Below are positions 49,201 to 56,744 of a stretch of 64,000 bases of DNA, piece by piece (the first letter of the stretch is position 1; each line of letters begins with the position of its first letter). The notes under the pieces were generated by a model. That model saw only the letters and a program-made list of their open reading frames with translations, was not told where the DNA came from and made no database searches. This stretch comes from an uncultured Rikenellaceae bacterium. GTDB lineage: Bacteria > Bacteroidota > Bacteroidia > Bacteroidales > VadinHA17. Where the stretch lies: positions 7,434-71,433 of the forward strand of contig CAWDHN010000006.1 in NCBI GenBank assembly GCA_963802145.1, read 5' to 3'. The translations under genes were made by a program, and so were the position numbers.

Positions 49201-49824
49201 CTTGCCTCGGGTGAGAATATAAATGTCCTCGTGCTCGACACGGAGGTCTATTCAAACACCGGCGGCCAGGCATCGAAATCGACCCCTGCCGGCGCTGTTG
49301 CCAAGTTCGCTGCTTCAGGCAAGAAGATACGCAAGAAGGACCTCGGACAGATGGCCATGACCTACGGTTATGTCTATGTTGCGCAGGTAGCCATGGGATC
49401 AAGCCAGAACCAGTTTTTCAAGGCTATGCGAGAGGCTGAGGAATACCCCGGACCGTCACTCATCATTGCCTACTCACCATGTATCAACCACGGTCTCCGC
49501 AACGGCATGGGCAAGACCCAGCAGCAGTCGGAAGATGCGGTGGCAGCAGGGTACTGGCATCTCTACAGGTTCGACCCGCGCCTCGAGGCTCAGGGCAAGA
49601 ACCCCTTCCAGCTTGATTCCAAGGAACCCGACTGGAGCAAGTTCCAGGACTTCCTGAAGTCAGAGGTGCGTTACACCTCGCTTCTCAAGGACTTCCCCGG
49701 AGAGGCCGGGTACCTCTTCAAGCAGGCTGAGGAAAACGCAAAATGGAGATACAACAGCTACAGGCGTTTTTCAGAGATGAATTTCACTGTTGCTGAAGCA
49801 CCTGCTGAAGCAAAGACAGAATAA
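46264..49824 (+). CDS. nifJ: Pyruvate:ferredoxin (flavodoxin) oxidoreductase
   Basis: 1186 aa. Two ferredoxin-type clusters (CIQCNQCSYVCP, CTGCGNCADVCP) and a TPP-binding region (GGDGWAYDIG). Confidence 0.97.
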   Translation: MATKKFITCDGNQAASHIAYMFSEVACIYPITPSSTMAEYVDEWAAHGLKNMFGEEVKVVEMQSEAGAAGAVHGSLQSGALTSTFTASQGLLLMIPNMYKISGELLPGVFHVSARTVAGHALSIFGDHGDIYATRQTGFALLASGGIQEIMDLAGVAHLASIKSRVPFLHFFDGFRSSHEIQKIEELGIEDMKKLVDMDALQAFRDRALNPEHPVTRGTAQNPDIFFQAKEASNPFYTNLDDTVNEYMEKVSALTGRQYKPFTYYGAPDAENIIIAMGSVTETIMEVIDYLAETKGEKLGLISVHLYRPFSAKYLFNVLPESVKRITVLDRTKEPGANGEPLYLDVSEVFYDRPTRPVIIGGRYGLSSKDTTPAQIISVFENMKKEKFMNQFTVGIVDDVTFRSLPVIPEINVSHKGTYSAKFYGIGADGTVGANKASIKIIGDTTDKYCQAYFAYDSKKSGGVTTSHLRFGDQPIRSPYLVNTPDFVACHVPAYLDKYDMLRGLKKGGTFLLNSIWEPEETLTKLPDHMKKYMAENNIGFYIINATAIAEELGLGTRTNTIMQSAFFKVSEVIPYKLAVDEMKHAVIKAYGKKGENIVKMNNDAIDRGGDVTKVEIPAEWASIKVVADKADPRKPEFIREVVDVINGMRGDDLPVSAFLGREDGTFPAGTSAYEKRGIAVNVPEWQMDKCIQCNQCSYVCPHAAIRPFLLTDEELAAAPEGTTAKQGIGNTKSHKFRIQVSVYDCTGCGNCADVCPSKEKALIMKPLETQLVEADRWTYMHEKVGYKDTVVDKFTNVKNSQFAQPLFEFSGACAGCGETPYIKAITQLYGDRMVISNATGCSSIYGGSAPSMPYTVNRNGNGPAWANSLFEDNAEYGFGLMLGATRIRERLERLMKENLNGGLAPDTVAAFNEWIAEKDNAKASRTVSEKVIAACEKDKAPVCKEILDLKKYLVKKSYWVFGGDGWAYDIGYGGLDHVLASGENINVLVLDTEVYSNTGGQASKSTPAGAVAKFAASGKKIRKKDLGQMAMTYGYVYVAQVAMGSSQNQFFKAMREAEEYPGPSLIIAYSPCINHGLRNGMGKTQQQSEDAVAAGYWHLYRFDPRLEAQGKNPFQLDSKEPDWSKFQDFLKSEVRYTSLLKDFPGEAGYLFKQAEENAKWRYNSYRRFSEMNFTVAEAPAEAKTE

Positions 49825-49844
49825 AATCATAAAATTCAATAACG

Positions 49845-49873
49845 GAGAGCCGGACATCCCGGCTCTCTTTTTT
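49845..49873 (+). terminator. Intrinsic terminator after nifJ
   Basis: GAGAGCCGG-ACATC-CCGGCTCTC followed by TTTTTT. Confidence 0.85.
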
Positions 49874-49890
49874 ATGTCTTGCAAAACCGG

Positions 49891-49898
49891 TAAATTTG
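49891..49898 (+). promoter_or_regulatory. -7 box (TAAATTTG) upstream of ruvX
   Basis: It matches TAnnTTTG and overlaps the ORF-track TTG start at 49896, which argues for a downstream start. Confidence 0.4.
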
Positions 49899-49931
49899 TG
49901 CCGCGGAAACAAATCTATAAGGCGTAATAAC

Positions 49932-50360
49932 TTGGGCAGGGCGTTGGCCATAGACTACGGAAAGAAAAGGTGCGGACTGGCAGTGACAGACCCGATGAGG
50001 ATCATTGCCTCCCCCCTTGTCACCGTGCCGGCAGGAGAGCTGGAGGCCTTCCTGAAGGATTACATTCCGCGCGAGAATGTGACTGATGTTGTGCTGGGTT
50101 ATCCCGTCACCGTGAACAATTTACCCAGTGAAAGCGTAAGATACATTGATCCGTTCATAGCAAGGTTCAGGAAACTCTTCCCTGAGACACCACTGCACCT
50201 GGCCGATGAGCGTTTCACCTCCCAAATGGCCATGAGGACCATGATCGACGGCGGAGTGAAGAAGAGCGACAGACGTGACAAGGCTATGGCCGACCGCATC
50301 AGCGCATCGATAATACTTCAGTCGTGGCTCAGAAGCCGGGAGAACAGTAACAGTAACTAA
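49932..50360 (+). CDS. ruvX: Holliday junction resolvase-like nuclease RuvX/YqgF
   Basis: (L)GRALAIDYGKKRCGLAVTD matches the YqgF N-terminus, and the ORF also contains DERFTS. TTG at 49932 is inferred as the start; there is no in-frame ATG nearby. Confidence 0.85.
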   Translation: MGRALAIDYGKKRCGLAVTDPMRIIASPLVTVPAGELEAFLKDYIPRENVTDVVLGYPVTVNNLPSESVRYIDPFIARFRKLFPETPLHLADERFTSQMAMRTMIDGGVKKSDRRDKAMADRISASIILQSWLRSRENSNSN

Positions 50361-50369
50361 AGAAATAGA

Positions 50370-50930
50370 ATGACATATCCCATTTACGTATACGGCCATC
50401 CGGTACTGCGAAAAGTGGCAAAGGACATAGAGCGGGACCACCCCGGACTTGACACCCTGATAGCCGACATGTTTGAGACGATGTACAACTCGGACGGTCT
50501 GGGCCTTGCCGCTCCCCAGATAGGAAAATCACTGAGGCTGTTCGTCATCGACGGCGAGCCACTGGGTGAAGATCACCCTGAGATGAAAGACTTTAAAAAA
50601 ACCTTCATCAATCCGCAGGTGGTTGAACGCAAAGGCGAAAAGGTACCTATGAACGAGGGATGCCTGAGCCTTCCGGGCATACACGAGGAGGTGGACCGCG
50701 AGTCGGAACTGCGCATTCAGTACTATGACACGGAGTGGAACTTCCACGATGAGGTATATAAGGGCTACAAGGCAAGGGTAGTGCTTCATGAGTATGATCA
50801 TCTTGACGGTATCCTGTTCCCGGACAGGCTGAGTCCTCTTCGCCGCAGGCTTATAAGGGGTAAGCTGAATGATCTCAGCAAAGGAAAGTTCACGGCTGAC
50901 TACCGTACCGTACTTCCTAACGGAAAGTAA
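50370..50930 (+). CDS. def: Peptide deformylase
   Basis: The three deformylase motifs are present: GLAAPQIG, EGCLSLPG and HEYDHLDG. Confidence 0.97.
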   Translation: MTYPIYVYGHPVLRKVAKDIERDHPGLDTLIADMFETMYNSDGLGLAAPQIGKSLRLFVIDGEPLGEDHPEMKDFKKTFINPQVVERKGEKVPMNEGCLSLPGIHEEVDRESELRIQYYDTEWNFHDEVYKGYKARVVLHEYDHLDGILFPDRLSPLRRRLIRGKLNDLSKGKFTADYRTVLPNGK

Positions 50931-50992
50931 CGCAACCCCGTTGCTTTTATTCCTTAATTCACTTAACTTTAATGGGTCTAAAGCTGTGACCC

Positions 50993-52729
50993 GTGCAATT
51001 CAGGGAAAAACCTTTCCTGAGGCTTTATGCACCTTTATGTGCAGGTGTGATCGTGGCGGAGGCTGCGCCGCCGCTGACTGCTGTTGCCTGGACCCTGGCT
51101 GCCCTCTCGGCGGCCGTGATGACGCTTCGGCTCTTCCGCAAAAGCTATTTCTCTGATGTCCTTTTCGGAACAGCGATCATACTCTTCCTTTTCGCAGCCG
51201 GTATTCTTCTCCGAACCGGGGAGAAGGCCCGTACCAGTGAACTGAGCGAACGCCGGCAGCTGGTCACCGTACGCCTCTCAGGTTATCCTGAGAAGAGGAA
51301 CGCAAGCTGGTCGTTCAGGGCCAGGATCATCAGCGTCACGGAGGATGACTCTGTCCGGCATGCCCGCGGATCACTGATGCTCTGGTTCATGAGTGACACC
51401 CTGCCCCTGGTCTGGAAACCGGGCGATCAGATGACACTGCGCCTCAAACCGCGCAGGGTTGAGAACAACGGCAACCCCTGTGAATTCAACTACCGCCGCT
51501 ACCTGGAAGGCCAGGGGATAAAACAGATGGCTTTCTTCCGCGCCGCAGATATCATTGATTACCGCAACGATGGCCGGCGTACGGTGAGGGAGAGCTCTCT
51601 GATTGCGGCACACGCAATGACAGGCGCTTTCAGGAGAGCGGGGCTGAGCGGTGAGGAGCTGGGGCTGGTAACGGCCCTTACTATTGGCGATAAGGAACTT
51701 CTTGACAAGGAGCAGCTCACATCCTTCTCCAGGTCGGGTGCCATGCACATCATGGCCGTCTCTGGACTGCATGTGGGGATGATCAGCATGGCTCTCTCAG
51801 GTATGCTCTTTTTTCTCCGGGGCAGGATGAAGATCATCAGGCCGTTGATAATCGTGCCTGCCCTGTGGGGATTTGCCTTCATCACAGGCATGTCGCCTTC
51901 CGTATTGCGGGCTACCATAATGTTTACATTCCTGCAGGCAGGGTCTCTGTTGCACAGGCCTGCTCCCGCGATGAACAGCCTGCTGGCCTCTGCCTTCATC
52001 CTGACAGCGGCACGCCCCGCCGTGCTCTTCGAGGCGGGGTTTCAGCTCTCATACCTGGCCGTGGCATTCATCATCACCTTTTATTATCCCTTTTACAGGC
52101 TACTCAGAATAAAAAACCGCATTGCCGACTGGTTCTGGCAGATGACGGCCGTCTCGCTGGTGGCACAGGCAGGCACCCTGGCCCTGACAGTGAGGCTGTT
52201 CAATATCTTTCCCCTCCTTTTCCTCCTTACAAATATTGTGGTCATCCCCATCTCCTTCATTGTGCTCCTGCTCGCGATGCTGCTCCTGGTCACCGCCGCC
52301 TTCCCTCCTCTCTCCGCCTTAATTGCCCTCATCCTTGAACACCTGGCACGGTTTACTCTCAGCTTCACGGGTGTGATCAGCTCGATGAACCACGGGGTGA
52401 TCATGAACATCGGGATGTCATCCGCTGAGACCATTCTGCTGACAGCAGCCACAGCACTCCTGCTTACATCACTGCTGAGGGTTCAGAAGATGACGCTGAA
52501 ACCTTTCATTGTAACGATGCTTCTCCTGATCGGCTGCAACATGGTCAAGACGGTACAGGAGATGCGCAGGGAAAGGGTCATCGTCTACAACATCAGGGGT
52601 ACTGAGCTTAAGGTAAGGCAGCACGGGAGGCTGCTGCTGGTGCCCTCCGGTGATGGTCTCGTGCCGGCGGAGGTAAGGAGGCACGCTGACACACGAGGAC
52701 TAAAGATTGAGGTAATAGACCCCGGGTAA
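50993..52729 (+). CDS. ComEC/Rec2-family competence channel protein (no obvious C-terminal metallo-beta-lactamase domain)
   Basis: 578 aa, polytopic, with the competence-domain block FSRSGAMHIMAVSGLHVG. Only about 70 aa follow the last TM segment. Confidence 0.8.
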   Translation: MQFREKPFLRLYAPLCAGVIVAEAAPPLTAVAWTLAALSAAVMTLRLFRKSYFSDVLFGTAIILFLFAAGILLRTGEKARTSELSERRQLVTVRLSGYPEKRNASWSFRARIISVTEDDSVRHARGSLMLWFMSDTLPLVWKPGDQMTLRLKPRRVENNGNPCEFNYRRYLEGQGIKQMAFFRAADIIDYRNDGRRTVRESSLIAAHAMTGAFRRAGLSGEELGLVTALTIGDKELLDKEQLTSFSRSGAMHIMAVSGLHVGMISMALSGMLFFLRGRMKIIRPLIIVPALWGFAFITGMSPSVLRATIMFTFLQAGSLLHRPAPAMNSLLASAFILTAARPAVLFEAGFQLSYLAVAFIITFYYPFYRLLRIKNRIADWFWQMTAVSLVAQAGTLALTVRLFNIFPLLFLLTNIVVIPISFIVLLLAMLLLVTAAFPPLSALIALILEHLARFTLSFTGVISSMNHGVIMNIGMSSAETILLTAATALLLTSLLRVQKMTLKPFIVTMLLLIGCNMVKTVQEMRRERVIVYNIRGTELKVRQHGRLLLVPSGDGLVPAEVRRHADTRGLKIEVIDPG

Positions 52730-52772
52730 CATTTCTTTTGTATAACTTTGCGCATATTTTACCAAGGCGAAA

Positions 52773-54128
52773 ATGAGAATAGTAATTGCCGGCGCTGGAG
52801 AGGTGGGGACCCATCTGGCCAAGATGCTCTCGCAGAGCGAACATGAGATCATTCTGATAGACTCCGAGGCTGAGCGTCTCAAACCTGTTGATGCAGCCCT
52901 TGACGTTCTTACTTTCGAGGGTTCGGCTACCTCGCTCAACCTTCTCCGGGAGGCCATCAAGAAGCATACCGACCTCTTTATAGCCGTTGCGCACTATGAG
53001 GACACGAACATCACTTCCGCCGTCCTGGCCAAGAAACTGGGCGCCCGTAAGGTGATAGCACGCATTGACAATATGGAATACCTTGAGCGTGCCAACAAGG
53101 AGTTCTTCCGGGAGATGGGTGTTGATCACCTGATCTACCCGGAGCTTATTGCCGCCAAAGAGGTGATAAGCCTGCTGAAGGAGACCGGCACCACCGAGTT
53201 CATGGATTTTGCCGGCGGGCTGCTGTCGCTCTACGTACAGAAGCTCGAGAAGAACGCCCCTGTCCTCAATCGCAGCCTCGAGGAGGTTAGCAACACCCTG
53301 GGATCAATCATAAAGTACCGTGCAGTGGCAATCAAGAGACATGAGCTGACCATCATTCCAAGGGGCAAGGAGGAGTTTCACGAAGGTGACCTGGCGTTTG
53401 TCATCTCCACCCGTGACGGGATAGATGACATGATGAAGTTCTCAGGCAAGCGCAACACTCAGGCCAAGAGCATCATGGTGCTCGGAGGAAGCCGTATCGG
53501 GAGGCATATAGCGCTCAACCTGCAGCACGACTGCCAGGTGAAGCTGATCGATTATAACATGGAGAAATGCCGCGACCTGGCTGAGGAGCTCGAGGAGACA
53601 CTGGTGATACACGGTGACGGAAGGAACGGTGACCTGCTTGCCGAGGAGGGTCTTCAGCATATGGATGCCTTCGTTGCCGTGACTGGCAACTCCGAGACAA
53701 ACATACTCTCATGCCTCCTGGCAAAGAAGATAGGTGTGATGAAGACCATTGCCGAGGTGGAGAACATGGAATACATCAATCTTGCCGAGAACTCAGGGAT
53801 TGACACCATCATCAACAAGAAGATAGCCACTGCCAGCCGTATCTTCCGACATACCATGAACCCCAACGTCACCCAGGTCAAGATGATGACCGGCACCGAG
53901 GCTGAGGTCATTGAATATAATGTCCCGGAGGGTGCGCGCATCACCAGCGGACCGCTGAAGCTGATAGACTTTCCCAAGGATGCAATCGTCGGTGGCGGGA
54001 TTCGCGACTACAAGCCATATATTGCAACCGGAGACACCCTTATCAGGGCCGGAGACAAGGTGGTGGTCTTCGCCCTGCCGTCAGCCTTTGACAAGCTGAA
54101 CAAGTTTTTCAATTCGGAAAAGAGGTAA
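52773..54128 (+). CDS. trkA: Trk system potassium uptake protein TrkA
   Basis: 451 aa with two Rossmann NAD-binding modules (IVIAGAGEVG; IMVLGGSRIG), each followed by a TrkA_C region. Confidence 0.93.
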   Translation: MRIVIAGAGEVGTHLAKMLSQSEHEIILIDSEAERLKPVDAALDVLTFEGSATSLNLLREAIKKHTDLFIAVAHYEDTNITSAVLAKKLGARKVIARIDNMEYLERANKEFFREMGVDHLIYPELIAAKEVISLLKETGTTEFMDFAGGLLSLYVQKLEKNAPVLNRSLEEVSNTLGSIIKYRAVAIKRHELTIIPRGKEEFHEGDLAFVISTRDGIDDMMKFSGKRNTQAKSIMVLGGSRIGRHIALNLQHDCQVKLIDYNMEKCRDLAEELEETLVIHGDGRNGDLLAEEGLQHMDAFVAVTGNSETNILSCLLAKKIGVMKTIAEVENMEYINLAENSGIDTIINKKIATASRIFRHTMNPNVTQVKMMTGTEAEVIEYNVPEGARITSGPLKLIDFPKDAIVGGGIRDYKPYIATGDTLIRAGDKVVVFALPSAFDKLNKFFNSEKR

Positions 54129-54282
54129 GAAGGCTGAAAGTCCTTAAAGTCTGTAAGGTCCATAAAGTCCGTAAAGTCCGTAAAGTCGAAAGTCTGAAAA
54201 TTGCAAATTTGAGCCTGCGATCTAGGAGCAGGATAAATCCCGGACACGCAGTGTCGGGACGCAAATCGAAAATCGCAAATCA
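54129..54282. repeat. Mosaic intergenic element D: nonamer array, two-hairpin core (reverse orientation), AAATCGC heptads
   Basis: It fills the whole trkA/tsaC convergent gap. Nonamers (RTAAAGTCY) run 54137-54196. The core is at 54203-54260. The sequence GCAAATCGAAAATCGCAAATCA at 54261-54282 runs into the tsaC stop codon. Confidence 0.85.
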
Positions 54283-54894
54283 CAATTCCAGCACTCCCCT
54301 GCCCTGCCTTAGTATGACGGGTTCCGGGCCTGTGCAGTCAACCACGGTTGAGGGTTCGTTGCTCCCGAAACCACCGTCAACCACCAGGTCGGCAAAATCA
54401 TCATACTTCTCATGAATAAGCTCGGGATCAGTTATATACTCAATGATCTCGTCATCCTCATGTATGGAGGTAGTCACCAGTGGCCTGCCCAGATCGTTGA
54501 CTATTGCCAGTGTGATGCTGTTGTCAGGTATGCGGATCCCCAAGGTCTTCTTGCGGTGCCTGAACATGGCCGGTATCTGGTTGTTCGCAGGTACAATGAA
54601 TGTGAATGGCCCCGGCAGGTTGCGCTTCAGCAGCCTGAAGAGGTTGTTGTCATGAATGACCGTGTATTCGGAGAGCTGACTCATTGACGAAAAGATCATC
54701 GACATGTCGGGGTTGCCCGGATTGAGGCCTTTGAAACGCGCGATCTTCTCAATGGTCTTTCCGGCTTTAATGTCGCAACCCATGGCATATATGGTGTCAG
54801 TGGGGTATATGACGATACCTCCCTGCTCAAGAACAAAGGTGACCCTTCGTATATGATCGGCATTGGGATTCTCCGGATAGATCTTCAGTATCAT
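54280..54894 (-). CDS. tsaC: L-threonylcarbamoyladenylate synthase (TsaC/YrdC type)
   Basis: 204 aa with YrdC-domain motifs (VIYPTDTIYAMGCD, PGPFTFI, TTSIH). Confidence 0.88.
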   Translation of the reverse strand: MILKIYPENPNADHIRRVTFVLEQGGIVIYPTDTIYAMGCDIKAGKTIEKIARFKGLNPGNPDMSMIFSSMSQLSEYTVIHDNNLFRLLKRNLPGPFTFIVPANNQIPAMFRHRKKTLGIRIPDNSITLAIVNDLGRPLVTTSIHEDDEIIEYITDPELIHEKYDDFADLVVDGGFGSNEPSTVVDCTGPEPVILRQGRGVLEL

Positions 54895-54952
54895 CGCTTC
54901 TTTAAAGTGACGGCAAATATATAAACTTCTTGCGAGAGGGGGGTAAAAAAAA

Positions 54953-55049
54953 GGGTAAGCTACTCACATCGCACCGCTACAACCTTCTACCCTTGCTGTC
55001 TTCCAACCCTGGGGGAGTTCAAAGGGAGCTGGTCGTATGAGACTTACCC
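54953..55049 (-). ncRNA. ffs: Signal recognition particle RNA (4.5S type)
   Basis: The minus strand reads GGGTAAG...CCCCCAGGGTTGGAAGACAGCAAGGGTAGAAGG...CTTACCC. The terminal helix is closed by GGGTAAG/CTTACCC. The GGAAG.CAGCAAGG.AG segment matches the conserved SRP domain IV motif (E. coli GGAAGGAAGCAGCCAAGGCAG). A canonical promoter lies upstream. Confidence 0.8.
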
Positions 55050-55053
55050 CGCA

Positions 55054-55085
55054 CAAAAATACGAACTTTTAAGCCCTGCTCCAAA
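55054..55085 (-). promoter_or_regulatory. Bacteroidota-type promoter of SRP RNA
   Basis: The minus strand has TTTG (55085-82), a 20-nt spacer, then TATTTTTG (55061-54), ending 4 nt before the first G of the RNA helix. Confidence 0.6.
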
Positions 55086-55163
55086 TATTAGTTCTTATTT
55101 CACAAAAGCAGAGATTTGCGCAAATAGATTATATTTGTTTTCAAAACCTAAAACTCGCGTAAA

Positions 55164-55709
55164 ATGGAACAGAAAAGATCGATCTGGAAAGAGACCCTGA
55201 ACTATGGCATCATACTTGGTCTGATCGCATTGGGCTTCTCCCTGCTAACTTATATGTTTGATCTCACATTCAAGACCTGGATCCTATGGCCAAGTCTCCT
55301 GATCACAATTCTCGTTCTCTACTTTCTGCTGCGCTCATACCGTGATCATTACAATAACGGGTATATCACCTACGGCAAATCTGTCGGCGCCGGCGTCGTG
55401 ATAAACGTCTACGCAGCTATCATAACCGCTCTGTATATTTATGTCCTATATGCATTTATTGATCCGGGACTGGTTGAAAAGTCGCTTGCCGTTCAGGAAG
55501 AAAGATTCCTTGCCAAGGGAATGCCTGAGGCCGCCATCGATCAGGCACTGGCTATGCAGGCCAAGATGATGAAGCCATGGTTCACCGCCCTCATGTCAAC
55601 CCTGGGCAGCGTGTTTTACGGACTTATTCTCTCACTGATCGTATCACTGTTTATTGTTAAAAAGGGCAATCCTCTCCTTGATGAGGTGGCAGAAGAACCA
55701 AAAGAATAA
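55164..55709 (+). CDS. DUF4199-family membrane protein
   Basis: 181 aa with 4 predicted TM helices. The organisation is as I recall for DUF4199, upstream of a GT2 gene. Confidence 0.6.
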   Translation: MEQKRSIWKETLNYGIILGLIALGFSLLTYMFDLTFKTWILWPSLLITILVLYFLLRSYRDHYNNGYITYGKSVGAGVVINVYAAIITALYIYVLYAFIDPGLVEKSLAVQEERFLAKGMPEAAIDQALAMQAKMMKPWFTALMSTLGSVFYGLILSLIVSLFIVKKGNPLLDEVAEEPKE

Positions 55710-56668
55710 TGGATCTTACCGTTTTAGTCCCCGCTTACAACGAGGCGGAATCCCTGCCGGAGCTGGCACAATGGATCGACAAGGTATGTATCTCGTCTTC
55801 AATTGATTACGAACTGATTATTATTGATGACGGAAGCTCTGACAACACCTGGGAGGTGTTGAGGCAGCTGTCGGCAAAAAACGAGAGGATCAGGGCTGTC
55901 AGGTTCCGCCGCAATTATGGGAAGGCAGCTGCCCTGCAGACAGGATTTGAAGCCTCGGCTGGTGATGTGGTCATTACAATGGATGCCGACCTGCAGGACA
56001 GTCCTGATGAGATACCCGAACTGGTCAGGATGGTCCGCGAAGAGGGATATAATATTGTCTCCGGATGGAAGAAAAAGAGATACGATCCGTTCATCAAGAG
56101 AACCACTTCTAAATTATACAACTACACGGCAAGAAAATTTTCAGGTATAAGACTGCACGACTTCAACTGCGGGTTAAAGGCCTATGATGGGGAGGTGGTG
56201 AGGAGCATCGAGGTCTATGGAGAGATGCACAGGTACATACCCATGCTGGCAAGGGAGGCCGGCTTTAAGAATATCGGCGAAAAGGTTGTGCAACACCAGC
56301 CCCGCAAGTACGGTGTTACAAAGTATGGGTTCGACAGATTCCTGAAGGGTTATCTTGACATGCTGACCATCAGTTTCATCACGCGTTTTGGCAAGAGTCC
56401 GATGCATCTGTTCGGAACCTTCGGAACACTGATGTTCCTCACCGGGTTTATTATGGCAGCCTATCTTGGTATACGGAAGCTGGTCTGCATTCATGAAGGA
56501 TTACGGGCACCGCTGGTGACCGACAGTCCTTTCTTTTACATAGCACTTACTGTTATGGTAATAGGGTCACTGTTCTTCCTCGCCGGATTCCTGGCCGAGC
56601 TGGTCAACAGGCGCGCCCCCGACCGGAACCGTTACCTGGTGAGGGAAAAGCTGAATATTAAGGGCTGA
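55709..56668 (+). CDS. Family 2 glycosyltransferase (polyprenol-phosphate sugar transferase-like), C-terminal TM helices
   Basis: Contains VLVPAYNEAESL, IIDDGSSDNT and MDADLQD. It shares 1 bp with the upstream gene, since the ATG overlaps that gene's stop. Confidence 0.88.
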   Translation: MDLTVLVPAYNEAESLPELAQWIDKVCISSSIDYELIIIDDGSSDNTWEVLRQLSAKNERIRAVRFRRNYGKAAALQTGFEASAGDVVITMDADLQDSPDEIPELVRMVREEGYNIVSGWKKKRYDPFIKRTTSKLYNYTARKFSGIRLHDFNCGLKAYDGEVVRSIEVYGEMHRYIPMLAREAGFKNIGEKVVQHQPRKYGVTKYGFDRFLKGYLDMLTISFITRFGKSPMHLFGTFGTLMFLTGFIMAAYLGIRKLVCIHEGLRAPLVTDSPFFYIALTVMVIGSLFFLAGFLAELVNRRAPDRNRYLVREKLNIKG

Positions 56669-56723
56669 GGACGTTACCCATCCCATTCGACAATCGCAAA
56701 TCGCAAATCGCAAATCGCAAATC
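56663..56723 (+). repeat. Mosaic intergenic element E (half element): GGCTGAGGAC module plus (CGCAAAT)x4
   Basis: GGCTGAGGACGTTACCCATCCC (56663-84, spanning the TGA stop of the GT2 gene), then ATTCGACAAT, then (CGCAAAT)x4 at 56695-56722. No complementary left arm is present. Confidence 0.8.
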
Positions 56724-56744
56724 TCCCTGCCCCTGGTCCCTTGC

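Noticed and set aside
50993-52729. ComEC-like gene considered as a pseudogene because no metallo-beta-lactamase domain is visible
   Set aside because: The ORF is intact and ends cleanly before a promoter-like region for trkA, and no beta-lactamase remnant appears in other frames. A naturally short ComEC variant is more likely than a truncation, but I could not verify this without alignments.
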